From: Rebecca billardiae RCC1528
Taxonomy: Eukaryota; Protista; Haptophyta
Reading direction: 5' to 3'
Length of the DNA: 64,000 nucleotides
Assembly (NCBI GenBank): GCA_965240325.2
Contig: OZ251227.1
Coordinates: 2,294,001-2,358,000, forward strand
In this document: positions 1-11,057 of the stretch, in pieces
Layout: each line of letters opens with the position of its first letter
How positions within the stretch are numbered: position 1 is the first letter of the stretch
The notes under the pieces: model-generated
The model's database searches: none
What the model saw: only the letters and a program-made list of their open reading frames with translations
Told to the model about the DNA's origin: nothing
Position numbers and translations under genes: made by a program

Positions 1-1274
1 GGCACCGCGCGTGCAGCGCTGCCTGGGGCCACGCCGCGCGCGCTCGCTGCCTTCCGCCCGCCCGCACCAGCCGCAGGCGGCGAGCTCCTGCGCATGCCGC
101 TCCTCACCGGAGCGCCCACTTCCGCGGACAAGCGGCTGAGCTCGCGCTCGGTTGCCGCCAGCCGGCGCGCGAGCTCGTCCACGCGCCGCGCGAGCCGCTC
201 GGCGCGCGCGTGCTCCGCGCGCCACCGGTGCTCCGCGTTGCGCACCTTGGCGCTGGCGGCGCGCTCGACGACGCGCGCTAGCTGATCGGCCGGGTCGTCG
301 AAGCGCGGATGGTCGAAGCGCTGCATCGGGGGCTCGTCGGCGTTCGCGCGAGCGTCAGCCGGCGCACGCGATGCCCCAGACGAGCGCGCACCCGCCGCGG
401 CCGAGGCGGTCGGATGGCGCGCCCCAGTGCCGGCCGCAGCGCGCCCGGCGTCGGGCTCGGGCTCCGACCTCTGATCGACCGGCACGGTGATTGAGAGCTC
501 GCTCGCACCGGCGGCCGCTGTGTCCGCAGAGGAGGTGCCGGCATGAGCGCAGGCGTACGGCTGGTCACTGTCGCCCCGTGCGGCCCCGCTCAGCTCCGAG
601 CCGCCATCGAGGTCGTCCAATGCGCCGCCGCCGACGTCAGCGCCGCCGGTGCGCAGCTGGTCGTACCCGCCATGGGAAGCGGCCTCAGCGCGCATGGCGC
701 CCGCCGTCGCGCGCGCGCGGAGAAGCTCGGCCTCGAGGTCGGCGACGCGCTGCGTGCGCGCGTCAAGCGCGATTGAGACGTGCTCTGAGAGCACGAGCAG
801 CTTGGACAAGGCCGTGTCGGCAAGCTGCTTCTCCGCGTGGCGCAGGCGCAGCTGCTCGGTGAGCACGTCGACTCTCGCGGCGAGCGCGGCGTCAGCGTCG
901 GCGGCTCGTGGCGGCGGCTCGGCAGGGGCCACCAGCGCCTTCGGAGCTGCAGGCTCGCTGGCAAGCAGGCGAGCCTCGAGATCATCGATGCGAGCATCCC
1001 GCCGCGCGAGGTTCTCGCGCAGGGTCGTCATGCCCGCCTCCAGCTCCTCGAGCGTCTGCATGAGCGCGTTCAAATCGCCCACCTCCATGTAGCCCCCGCC
1101 GAGCCGGACGCCCGCGTCGGCGTCGTCGCGGGCGGCGTGCTCGCGGCCGGCGAGACGCAGGGCGCGCTGCATCCAGAAGAAGGCCGCCCGCTGCCACAGG
1201 GTGTCCAGCCGCGCCGCCTCGGCGCTGATGGGCGGCACGGCCGGCATCATCGAGCCCGACGAGGAGGCCATCAT
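1..1274 (-). CDS. Hypothetical coiled-coil protein, 3' end beyond window start
   Basis: Minus-strand frame from ATG 1274 ([34 protein letters not shown]...[33 protein letters not shown]) stays open to the window edge; missing from the ORF track because no stop is in the window; heptad-like segments; divergent from RAD51. Confidence 0.65.
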   Translation of the reverse strand, partial: MMASSSGSMMPAVPPISAEAARLDTLWQRAAFFWMQRALRLAGREHAARDDADAGVRLGGGYMEVGDLNALMQTLEELEAGMTTLRENLARRDARIDDLEARLLASEPAAPKALVAPAEPPPRAADADAALAARVDVLTEQLRLRHAEKQLADTALSKLLVLSEHVSIALDARTQRVADLEAELLRARATAGAMRAEAASHGGYDQLRTGGADVGGGALDDLDGGSELSGAARGDSDQPYACAHAGTSSADTAAAGASELSITVPVDQRSEPEPDAGRAAAGTGARHPTASAAAGARSSGASRAPADARANADEPPMQRFDHPRFDDPADQLARVVERAASAKVRNAEHRWRAEHARAERLARRVDELARRLAATERELSRLSAEVGAPVRSGMRRSSPPAAGAGGRKAASARGVAPGSAARAV

Positions 1275-1466
1275 TCTCGCCCGTCGCATCGGTGATCGGT
1301 CGCTTGCTCTACAAAGAAAAGGACAGTCAGGTCATTCACTGTTTCAGGTGAGTCAGTCATGGTGTCTACCTGGTACAGGACGAGGACAGCTGGCGAGGAG
1401 GGAGGCCAGTCGTTCGTCCCCTTGGCGGAGGACGGCACCCGCCGTTTGCCCTCAAATCACTGCGTC

Positions 1467-2727
1467 ATGGCGCAGGCCATGGAAGTCGCGCAGGCTACGA
1501 ATGGGGCGCAGACCGAGGCCATGGAGGTGCGTGGCGAGCGTGCGCCGAGCTTGTCCCTCCTCGCATGACGCGCGTCGCGCGCGCTCACGCGCTCCGGTCC
1601 GGGCACGTGCGCGCCGCGCCGGCGCGCGGCCGCAGCCGCAGGAGTCGGGCCTGCTGCTGATCGAGAAGCTCGAGGGCAACGGGACCGGCGTGACCGCCTC
1701 GGACATCAAGAAGCTCAAGGAGAAGGGGTACCACACCGTCGAGTCCGTGATGCACGCGCCGAAGAAGGAGCTCTGCGAGATCAAGGGCCTGAGCGAGAAC
1801 AAGGTCGACAAGATTCTCGAGGCGGTGTACAAACACATTGGCATCGGCTTTCAGACGGCGACCGAGCTGCACCGCACGCGGAAGGACGTGATCTACGTGT
1901 CGACAGGGTGCAAGGAGCTCGACGACGTCCTGCAGGGCGGCATCGAGACCGGCTCGATCACCGAGATGTACGGCGAGTTCCGCACAGGGAAGACGCAGAT
2001 CTGCCACACGCTCGCCGTCACGTGCCAGCTGCCGCTCGAGCAGGGCGGCGCAGAGGGCAAGTGCCTGTACATCGACACGGAGGGCACGTTTCGCCCGCAG
2101 CGCCTCGTCGAGATCGCCCAGCGCTTCGGCATGGACGAGAATACCGTCCTCGACAACGTGAACTACGCGCGCGCGTTCAACTCGGACCACCAGCTCAACC
2201 TGCTGATGCACGCCGCGGCGATGATGGCGGAGAGCCGGTACGCGCTGCTGATCGTCGACTCCGCGACGGCGCTGTACCGCACGGACTACACGGGCCGTGG
2301 CGAGCTCTCCGCGCGCCAGGTGCACCTGGCCAAGTTCCTGCGCATGCTCTCGCGGCTCGCGTCCGAATACGGCATCGCGTGCGTGATCACCAATCAGGTG
2401 GTGGCGCAGGTGGACGGCCAGGCCATGTTCGGTCCGTCGATCAAGCCGATCGGCGGCAACATCATCGCACATGCGTCGACGACGCGCCTCTACTTCCGCA
2501 AGGGGCGAGGCGAGAACCGCGTCGTCAAGGTCGCTGACTCGCCATGCCTGCCAGGTGCGCCAGCGCGCACACCACCGCGCATCGGCGCGTATGTATGCAT
2601 GTGCACCGCTGACCCGAGGCCCGCGGCGCCGCGCTGCGCGGCCCCGCCGTGGCGCCGCACGCCGCGCGCAGAGGCGGAGGCGAGCTTTTCGATTCTGTCG
2701 CACGGTGTCGACAGCCCACAGGACTGA
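1467..2727 (+). CDS. RAD51: DNA repair/recombination protein RAD51 (3 exons: 1467-1526, 1642-2554, 2672-2727; ~342 aa)
   Basis: HhH N-domain ([17 protein letters not shown]), Walker [19 protein letters not shown], Walker B LLIVDS, RAD51-type [27 protein letters not shown]; GT-AG introns 1527-1641 and 2555-2671 restore PCLPEAEASF. Confidence 0.97.
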
Positions 2728-3358
2728 TGGTGCACAGCCCCAGAATGCAGGCGGTCGGCCGGGGGCCGGCCGCGCAGGCACCCGACGCGATGGCTGTTCC
2801 GTGTTACTGTATCTGTTCACCGTGTTCGGGGCGGCCGTGACGGCAGCCGAGTTTCAATACAGTTAATCAAGAGTTTGGCAGAGGGCTGAACGACGTCGAC
2901 AGTCTACGAGAGCTGCGCGAAAAAGAGTCAGATGCCGGCCATTCGTCAGATTAGGCCCGTCTACGGCCAGGCCGCGCGGGCCGCCGACTCCACGACCATG
3001 GGCGGCGCAAACGGCAAAGGTCTGAAAGGAGGTGATGCGGGTATCTAGACATATGAGCAGGCTCAGGTGTATCGGTCAGTGGTTTGAGGTTGGGTGAGGG
3101 TGGTGGTTGGTTGGGGGCTGGCCAGGGTAGGGCTGGAGGCTTCGGCCGCCGCCAGTCTGATCACCCGGAGCCCGTTATAAAGGGGAATTTAGAGATCAAC
3201 GACGCGGGTAGCTTTCCTACGGCTGTGCGTCCAAATTTGGATCTGGTGTTCATTGCTTGATCGAATCGTCATATATTGTGAGATCGAATTCCGCTTCGCG
3301 ACGCGAGGTGCGACCTCGATCGGCCAGCGCCATTGGGGTTGCGGGGGGCGGGCGCGTG

Positions 3359-6300
3359 ATGCACCGCGTGCTGCTTGCGGCCCTGCTGCTCGCATCGCGG
3401 GCGCGCGGCACCCCTCTCGACTCCTGCGCGACGGGCTCCTTCTCCGTCGACGTGCAGCTGCGTGGGGATCTCGACACGCCGCCGGCCGAGTCGGTGATTG
3501 TTCAGCTCGATGGCGTGAACGCGAGCTTGGCCTGCCCGCTCGCGCCGACCAATTGCACCGAGTACGCGGCGTGCTTGAGCGTGTTCGACGTGACGAGTAG
3601 CGTGCAGCCCGACGGCGCGCTCAGCGTGCTTGTCGTGGGCGCCGCGCACATCGAGCCGGAGTGCTCGCCGAACGCGGCACTGGACGCGAACATCACGCTC
3701 TACTCGAACGGCGTGGCGCACGAGTCCGTGCAGGTGTCGTGCGACACGGCGGGCTGCGATCTGAGTGTGGACTTCGTCGACGTGTGCGCGACGCCCCCGC
3801 ACCCGCCGCCGACCCCGCCGCCATCGCCGCCCTCGCCGCCCAGTCCGCCGCCGCTGCCCGGCTGCCTGCTCGCCGGAGCGTACACCGTCGACGTGAGCGT
3901 TCGGGGCGACTTCGACCTCGCGTCCGCGCCGTTCGACGCGGCCGCCGGCGTGTTCGCCGAGGGCGTGCAGGTCGGCGCGATCTGCCCGAACGTCACCGCC
4001 CTCTCCGACCCCGGCTCGGTCGACACGTGCTCCACGTCGCTGAGCTGCGTCGGCGGCGGCGACGTGTCGGCCGCGGTGCGGGGCGACGGCACGCTGAGCG
4101 TGCGCGTGCAGCCGACGTACTTCGGCTACGGCGGGCTGGCGTGCGGCACGGTCGGGGACGTGTCGCTGTACGCGGATGGCGTGCTCGTCGAGCGCGTGAG
4201 CGACGCCTCGTGCAGCACTGTGGGCTGCGACCTCGTCGTCACCTTCAGCGCCGTGTGCAACACGCCGCCCAGCCCGCCCAGCCCGCCCAGCCCGCCGAGC
4301 GCGCCGCCGCCGCCGAGCCCGCCGCCGAGCCCGCCGCCGAGGCCGCCGCCGCCGCCGAGCCCGCCGAGCGAGCCGCCGGCACCGCCGCCGCCGCCGCCGC
4401 CGCCCTCGCCGCCGCCCTCGCCGCCGCCCTCGCCGCCGCCGCCCTCGCCGCCGCCCTCGCCGCCGCCGCCGCGCGCGCAGCTGCTCGAGCTGCTGCCGAG
4501 CGCAGTGGACGTGGAGGCCGACTCGCCGCTCATCATCCGCGGCGAGCTGCTCGGCGTCGACCCGTGCGTGGACTGCGCGGACATCTCGATCAGCGTCGGC
4601 GGGCTGCTGTGCCGGGCGCCCTCGCGCTTCAGCCCCGAGGTCGTGATGTGCACGCTGCCCGAGCCTCCAGCCGAATACGACGGAGAGGCGCTCGAGGTGC
4701 TGGTGACGCGCGCGGACGGCGTTTCGTCAAGCGGGATCGAGCTGCGCTACCGCTCGGCGTGCGGCGCGGGCGAGGTGCGCGTGGGCGGCACGTGCCAGCT
4801 GTGCGACGAGGACACCTTCCGCGAGGGCCGCGACAAGAACGAGGACCGCTGCATCAGCTGCTCGACCATCTCGCCGCTGATGATTGCGGGCCGGGGCGCG
4901 CGCTCGGCCGAGGAGTGCGCGTGCCCTGCGCTCTACCTCGAGCGTCGCTGGGCCGACGGGTATCGCACGTGCGTGCAGTGCGACGAGCAGAGCGTGCGCT
5001 GCGAGGCGAACACGACCCTCGAGAACCTCTACGTGCGCCCGGGCTACTGGCGCTACTCGGAGCGGACGGCCGACGTGCGCGCGTGCCCGCTCGGCGCCGT
5101 GGGCTGCGTGGGCGGCGCGCGCGCGTCGGACGGCCTCTGCGCGCCGCACCACACCGGCCCGTACTGCGACGTGTGCGAGGACGGGTACTTCCGCGGGCAG
5201 GACGACCGGTGCGTCTCGTGCGAGGCGTTCGAGCTCAACCGGCCCGAGCTCGCCGCCGTCCCGCTCTTCGTGCTCCTCGGCCTGATCGTCGCCTGGCACG
5301 CGTACAGGCACTTGGGCGTGCGCTCCAGGCTGCGCGCGTCGCGCGCGCCGCAGCCGCAGGCGGACGGCGGCGCGGCGCGCGCGGGCGGCGTGTGCGCGGC
5401 GCTCGGTCGCACGCCGGTGGCGGCGTGGGTGCGCGCGACGCTGCTCACCAAGGGCGTGCTCACCACCGCCAAGGTCGCGGGCCGCGCCGCGCTCGCGCTG
5501 CTCCAGCTCACGCTGCTCATGGAGCGCGTGTACGGTGTGCGACTGCCGCCAAACTTCAAGGCTCTGCTGGCGCGCTTCCGCTTCATCGCCTTCGACCGGC
5601 TGTACGTGCACGGGTTCTCGTGCCTCGGCGTGAGCTTCGTCGCGCAGCTGTACATGGTCTCGGGGCTGCCCTTCATCGTCTTCATCCTCACCGCCGCCGT
5701 GTGGGCTGCGCACCTCGCGCTCGTGCGCGCGCAGCGTGCGAGCGCGCTCGCGCTCGCGGCCGCGCGCGGCGGCGGCGGCGGCGAGACGAACCGTGGGCGC
5801 AGCCTCAGCCGCTCGTGGAGCGGCCCTCCGCGCGGCGGCGGCGGCGGCGGCGGCGGCGCGCCCGGCGCGAGCGGGCCGCCCGCCGCGCCCGCGCCCGCCG
5901 CGGCCGACGCGGACGCGGATGAGGACCTAGTGCGCGCGTCTGCGCTGCGCTCGCGCGACACGGCGCTCAACTTTGGCGAGGCGGTCGTGCGACCGTCGCT
6001 GCTGTGCGCGTACGTGCTCACGCCCACGGCGACGGCGGTGCTGTACTCGTACTGGAACGTGGAGACGGTGGACGCGGAGGCGTCCGAGCGCACCGAGCCC
6101 GTGCCCCGCTTCCTGCGCTCCGACTATTCCGTCCCATACGGCGACGCCGCGCACGACCGGCACAGGATCCCGATCATCGGCTTCATGTTTGCCTACTCTG
6201 TCCTCGTGCCGGCGGTGGTGGGCGCGAGCCTCGTGCGCGGCGCGATGGCGCACCGGCGCGCGGGGGCGCACGGCGGCGCGGCGCGCCCGTCGCCCGTGCG

Positions 6301-9294
6301 GCTGCTCTCCGTCGGCTACCGCCGGCGGTACGCCGCGTGGGAGGCGTTCGAACTCTGCCGGCAGGTGACGCTCGTGGGTGTTGTCGTCCTCGTGCGGCTG
6401 ATTGCGCTCACGGCCGCGCAGTCGCGCGCGCTGCGCACCGAGCTGCGGCTGGCGGAGAGCTACGCGACGGTGGCGCAGCTGCTCGCGGCGATCTTCACGC
6501 AGCTCTCGTACTCGCTGCTGCTCACCTGGATCCGCCCGCTCGACTCGTCGGCCAACAACGCGATCGTCGTGCTCACCCACGCGGGGCTCCTCGCCATCTT
6601 GATCAGCGCGCTCGCCCTCCACCTCGCGCCCGACGAGGGCGGCGGCGCGGGGCGCGGCGGCCGGCTGCAGTTCTCGCTGTACGAGCTCTCGCTCGGCGTG
6701 TTCATGATGGTGATGCTGCTCTCGGTGCTCGGCGCCGCGCTCGTCTCGCTGCCGCTCGAGGTGTGGCGAGAGCGGCTGTTGCCCGTGCTGCGCACCGTGC
6801 ACGGCAAGGAGCGTGTGGTCGCGCGCCCGCTCGGAGGCTCCTCCGCCGCCGCGGCGGCCGAGCCGGCGGCGAGCAGCGGCGGCGCGCGGCGGCGCGCGTC
6901 GAGCATGCGCTTCGGCGGCGGGCACACCGCGATCCCCGCGTCCGCCGGCAGCGCGGGCTCGAACGGCCGCGCCTCGCACGGTTCCAGCCCCGGTGCAGGC
7001 TCGCCGCTCAAAGCGCAGCGCACTGCCGGCCGCTCCGGTCTCGAGCGGCTCGGCGCGTCCGCGGCGGGCGTGCGCCGCCGCGCGTCCTCGTCGGCGGGCA
7101 TGCTGGGGACGCCGCCGGGCACGCCGTCGCCGCCGCCGGGCACGGGCGGCGCCGAGTACCACATCTTCATCTCGCACGTGTGGTCCACCGGCCAGGACCA
7201 GGCCAAGACGCTTAAGAAGGAGCTGGAGACCCTAGTGCCCGGTCTCAAGGCGTTCCTGGACGTCGATGACCTGGCGAATCTGGACGACCTGGAGTCGCTG
7301 GTCGTGCGCGCGCGCGTCGTGCTCGTGTTCCTCAGCCGCGGCTTCTTCTCCTCGCGGAACACGCTGCGCGAGCTGCGCGCGGCCGTCGAGCACCGCCGGC
7401 GCGTGCTGCTTGTGCACGAGACCTCGGAGATGCACGGACTTCTCACACTGGCCGAGCTGCGGCAGATGTGCGCAGAGTGCGACGACGAGGTGGTGGCGGG
7501 GGCGACCGCGCGGCTGTTCGACGACCCGCGCTGGCCCGCGGTGGCGTGGTACCGCGAGCGCGCGTACCTCGACCGCTCGCTGCTGCTGATCTGCGAGGCG
7601 ATGCACGCCGCGGGCGCGCTGCTCCCCAAGCAGTCCTCCGCAGTCGTCTCCGCCGCGGCGCGCGGCGAGCCGACGCTGCAACTCGGCTTCAGGCCGCCGC
7701 GGCCTGAGCCGGAGTTCCTGGAGGGGCTGCAGCTGCTGCAGGCGTGGCTGCGCGCCGAGCTGCTGCTCGAGCTGCGCCGCGCGGGCGGCGGCGTGCTCGG
7801 CGCCGGCGGCGCGGCCGGGCTCGGCGGCGGCGTGCGCGCGGCGCTGCGCGTGCAGAGGCAGCGACACGCGATCGCGAGGCGGCACAAGCAACTCGCGCGG
7901 GCCAGCACGCGCGGCGGCGGCGTCGGCGGCGCCGCCCAGCCCTCCCTCCTCTCGGCACCGGACGTGACGCTGCCGCTTGGCGACGCGGCGGAGCCGGTGC
8001 GCCTCGCGCCGCGCGTGGTCGCGGAGGTGCGCTCGCACGCGGCGGGCGCGAGCGGCGCGGCCGCCGCGGCCGCGCCGCCCTCTGATGACGCAGAGGCCGG
8101 CGGCCCGTCGCCGGCTTCTCCCGAGGGGGCTTCTCCCGGGGGGGACCCGCCAGAGTGCGCGCTGCTGCTGCTGCGCGCGGACACGTTCGGTTACGGCTGC
8201 GTGCTCGACGGCGTGGCGCAGCTGGGCGAGTGGCTCGGCGCTCTCGAGGCCGTCGAGGCGGCGGAGGCGGCGGCGGCGGCGGAGCCAGCTGGCGCGGACG
8301 CGCGCGCCGCCGCGCGCCTTGCCCTCTTTGCGGGCGGGCCGGGCGATCTGGGCCCGGCGCTGCGCGCGGGGCTGCCGCCGGGGCTGCGCGCCGAGCACGT
8401 GCGCGTGCACATGTGCGAAGGGCCCGCGGTGCGCGCCGCGCGCTCGCGCGCGCGCGGCGGTGCGCGGAGTCTTCGCGCCCGCCGTGCGCGCGCGCTCGCG
8501 CGCCCCGCCCCGCCGCCACCGCGCCGCGCTTCGCACACACCTTGCACCCACCCGCCACCGCCCGCCCGCCCGCGCGCGCGCGCGCTCGGGCGCAGGCGGC
8601 GCAGGTGCCGCGCGGCCGGCCGGTGGCGCTCGCCGACCTCGCGCGCGTGTGCGAGCTCGAGATCGGCCGGCTCCCCGAGCCGCGCCCCGCGCGCGAGCTG
8701 CTCGCCGCCTCAGCCGCGTGGAGCCGAGAGGGCCTCGGGGAGATCCCGGTGCGCGAGGCCGAGGCCCTCGTGCTCACGTGGCCGCGCAGCCCGGCGCTTG
8801 TGCCGAGGCTGCTGGCGCTGAGCGCGCGGCTGCAGACCGGCGTGGTGTGCGCGTTGCTGGACGACCCGGCGCACCCGATGTCGTGCCCGTTCCGCGACGT
8901 CTTCCGATCGGCGCCGCGCCAGCTGCGCTGCGGCAACGCGCTCGTCGCCATCTTCAGCCCGCTCGCACTGCCGCTGCGCCCCAAGGCGCACGAGGACGTG
9001 AGTCTGAGCGCGGTCGCGAGCGCGTGCGCGCGCGCGCTGCTCAACCCGGGTGTGCGCGCGGAGCCGGCCGTGCACAGCGGCGGCGGCGCGGGCGGCGCCG
9101 AGGCGGACGAGGCGCAGATCAGCGCCGCGGCCGTCGCCCGCATCGAGGCGGGCGCGGACGAGGCCGAGCTCACGGCGGCCGCCGCCGCGCGCATCGAGGC
9201 CGCCGACGGCGCGCTCGACGTCGAGCACGTCGGCGTGTCGCTCGGCCGCGTGCCCGAGGACGAGGCTTCGGACGATGCCCTCATGTCGGCGTGA
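3359..9294 (+). CDS. Large receptor-like membrane protein: signal peptide, two Cys-containing repeats with Pro-rich linkers, IPT/TIG-like, Cys-rich region, multi-TM bundle, cytoplasmic TIR domain (~1920 aa; intron ~8429-8595)
   Basis: MHRVLLAALLLASRARG leader; SPPP linkers; IIRGELLG..ISVGGLLC..VMCTLP; PGYWR..CAPHHTGPYCDVCEDGYF; several hydrophobic helices; TIR motifs YHIFISHVWSTGQD, AFLDVDDL, VLVFLSRGFFSSRNTLRELRAA; ORFs 3257 and 8155 join in phase via a GTGCGC..GCAG intron. Confidence 0.85.
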
Positions 9295-9551
9295 GCGCGC
9301 GCGCTGCGCGAAGGCAACGGACCGCCCGCCATCTGGCGCTGCCGCCAGATGACGGTAGACCTGTTCAGCCCGTTGCCCCGGTGTCAGGTGAGCGCTCCCC
9401 TCTGAGACGGCTAACAGTGCTTGCTCTTAGTTTTTAAAACGTAGTAAACTGTACAGTCCGGTCGTAGGATCGCCACTGTGACATACTGTATGTCTGTCCA
9501 CTGCGCGTCAAACGTGGCGCATCAGGGTTGGGCGCGAACCTCTCGAGGACG

Positions 9552-11057
9552 ATGTCGATGGCGGACGTCGGCGCCCCCCGCGATGACGACGGCGGCTGCT
9601 GCAGCCTCGATAGCCTGCCGAGCGAGGTGATCGAGCGGATCACCGCGTTCCACCAGGACTCACTGCACGAGCTGCTCAGCGCCAACGCCGTCTCGCGCCT
9701 CTTCCGTGGCGTGCCGGGCGGCCGCTCGCCAGTCGAGCACGTGCTGCGCGCGCGCGCGAGCGCGCGCGGACACGCGCACGCGCTGCCCCCGGACCTTCCG
9801 CCCGGCGTGAGCACGTGGACCGAGGAGCTTCTCGCGCGCGAGGGCGTGCTCGCCGCCGCGCGGCCTCACGCGCACGTCGCGGCCGCCGGCGCCTCCTACT
9901 ACTGCGCCCAGGCGGCGCTCGTCGATGCGAGTGGGGCGCTGTTCACGTGTGGCGAGGAGTACGATCGAGCAGGGGAGCGGCACGTGAGCCCGCGCGCGCT
10001 GGGCCAGCCGGAGCGGCGCGATGAGCCCACGCGCGTCGCGACGCGCGTCGCCTCGCTCGCCGCCGTGCGCATCGGCGCCGTCGCCGCGGGCGTCGGCCAC
10101 CTGCTCGCGCTCAGCGCTGATGGCGGCGTGTTCGGCTGTGGACCGAACAATTACGGCCAGCTCGGCCTGGGCGATGCGCGGGCGAGCGCGACGTTCGCGC
10201 CGGTGGAGGCGCTGCGCTCGGAGCACGTCGTGTGCATCGCGGCGGGCGGCTTCCACAGCCTCGCGATCAGCGCCGCCGGCTGCGCCTTCAGCTTTGGCTT
10301 CAACCGGTACGGCCAGCTGGGCCACGGCGGCGCGCAGCGGCAGGTGCCGACCCCGTGCCGCGTCGAGATGCCCGCGTGCGACGCGCGCGCGCGCATGGCG
10401 GCGGCGGCGGCGGGCCTGTACCACACGCTGCTGCTCGCGGCCGACGGCGCCGTGTACACGTGCGGGCTCGGCGCGGCCGGACGGCTCGGCCACGGCGACG
10501 AGTTGGATCTGCACACGCCGACGCGCGTGCGCGCGCTGTCGGCTGTGCGCGGCATGCACGTGAGCGCGGGGGCGACGCACAGCGTCGTGGCCGATCGCGC
10601 GGGCGGGGTGCACACCTTCGGCGAAGGGCGGCGCGGCTGCCTCGGCCACGGCGACGAGCGCGAGCAGCTGCTGCCCAGGCGTGTCGAGGCGCTGGCGGGC
10701 GTGCACGCGGCGCGCTCGGCCGCTGGAGGCAACACCACCGCTGTGGTGGACGCGCGCGGCGGCGTGCACACCTTTGGCGACAACGAGCACGGCGTGCTCG
10801 GTCGGCGCACGGCGGGGCCGAGCACGGCCGAGCCAGGCCGCGTCGCGGCGCTCGCGCACACGCCCGTCGCCGCGTGCTCGATGGGCCTGTCCCAGAGCGC
10901 CTACTTTGTGACCGCAGACGGCAGCGTGCACTCGTGCGGCAGAGCCACTGGCGCGCTCGGCCGCGGAGTGGGCATGGGCGGCGCCGGCCCTGCGCAGCCC
11001 GACCCGCGGTGGATCGAGGAGCTGCCACGTGTGTGCCTGCCTATGGCGCCACCGTGA
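9552..11057 (+). CDS. RCC1-repeat beta-propeller protein with N-terminal F-box-like motif
   Basis: Repeats GxNxYGQLGxG ... AAGxxHxLxLxxDGxVxxxG (about 6-7); N-terminal SLDSLPSEVIERITAF resembles an F-box start. Confidence 0.85.
   Translation: MSMADVGAPRDDDGGCCSLDSLPSEVIERITAFHQDSLHELLSANAVSRLFRGVPGGRSPVEHVLRARASARGHAHALPPDLPPGVSTWTEELLAREGVLAAARPHAHVAAAGASYYCAQAALVDASGALFTCGEEYDRAGERHVSPRALGQPERRDEPTRVATRVASLAAVRIGAVAAGVGHLLALSADGGVFGCGPNNYGQLGLGDARASATFAPVEALRSEHVVCIAAGGFHSLAISAAGCAFSFGFNRYGQLGHGGAQRQVPTPCRVEMPACDARARMAAAAAGLYHTLLLAADGAVYTCGLGAAGRLGHGDELDLHTPTRVRALSAVRGMHVSAGATHSVVADRAGGVHTFGEGRRGCLGHGDEREQLLPRRVEALAGVHAARSAAGGNTTAVVDARGGVHTFGDNEHGVLGRRTAGPSTAEPGRVAALAHTPVAACSMGLSQSAYFVTADGSVHSCGRATGALGRGVGMGGAGPAQPDPRWIEELPRVCLPMAPP

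Noticed and set aside
1467-2727. DMC1
   Set aside because: Diagnostic segments ([33 protein letters not shown]) are RAD51-type.
2866-3190. Shared element end with 42420-42540 (GCTGAACGAC...AGTCA...TAGGCC)
   Set aside because: Only short patchy matches; cannot be distinguished from chance by eye.
9552-11057. UVR8 photoreceptor
   Set aside because: The GWRHT tryptophan motifs are absent (GGFHS, GLYHT, GATHS instead).
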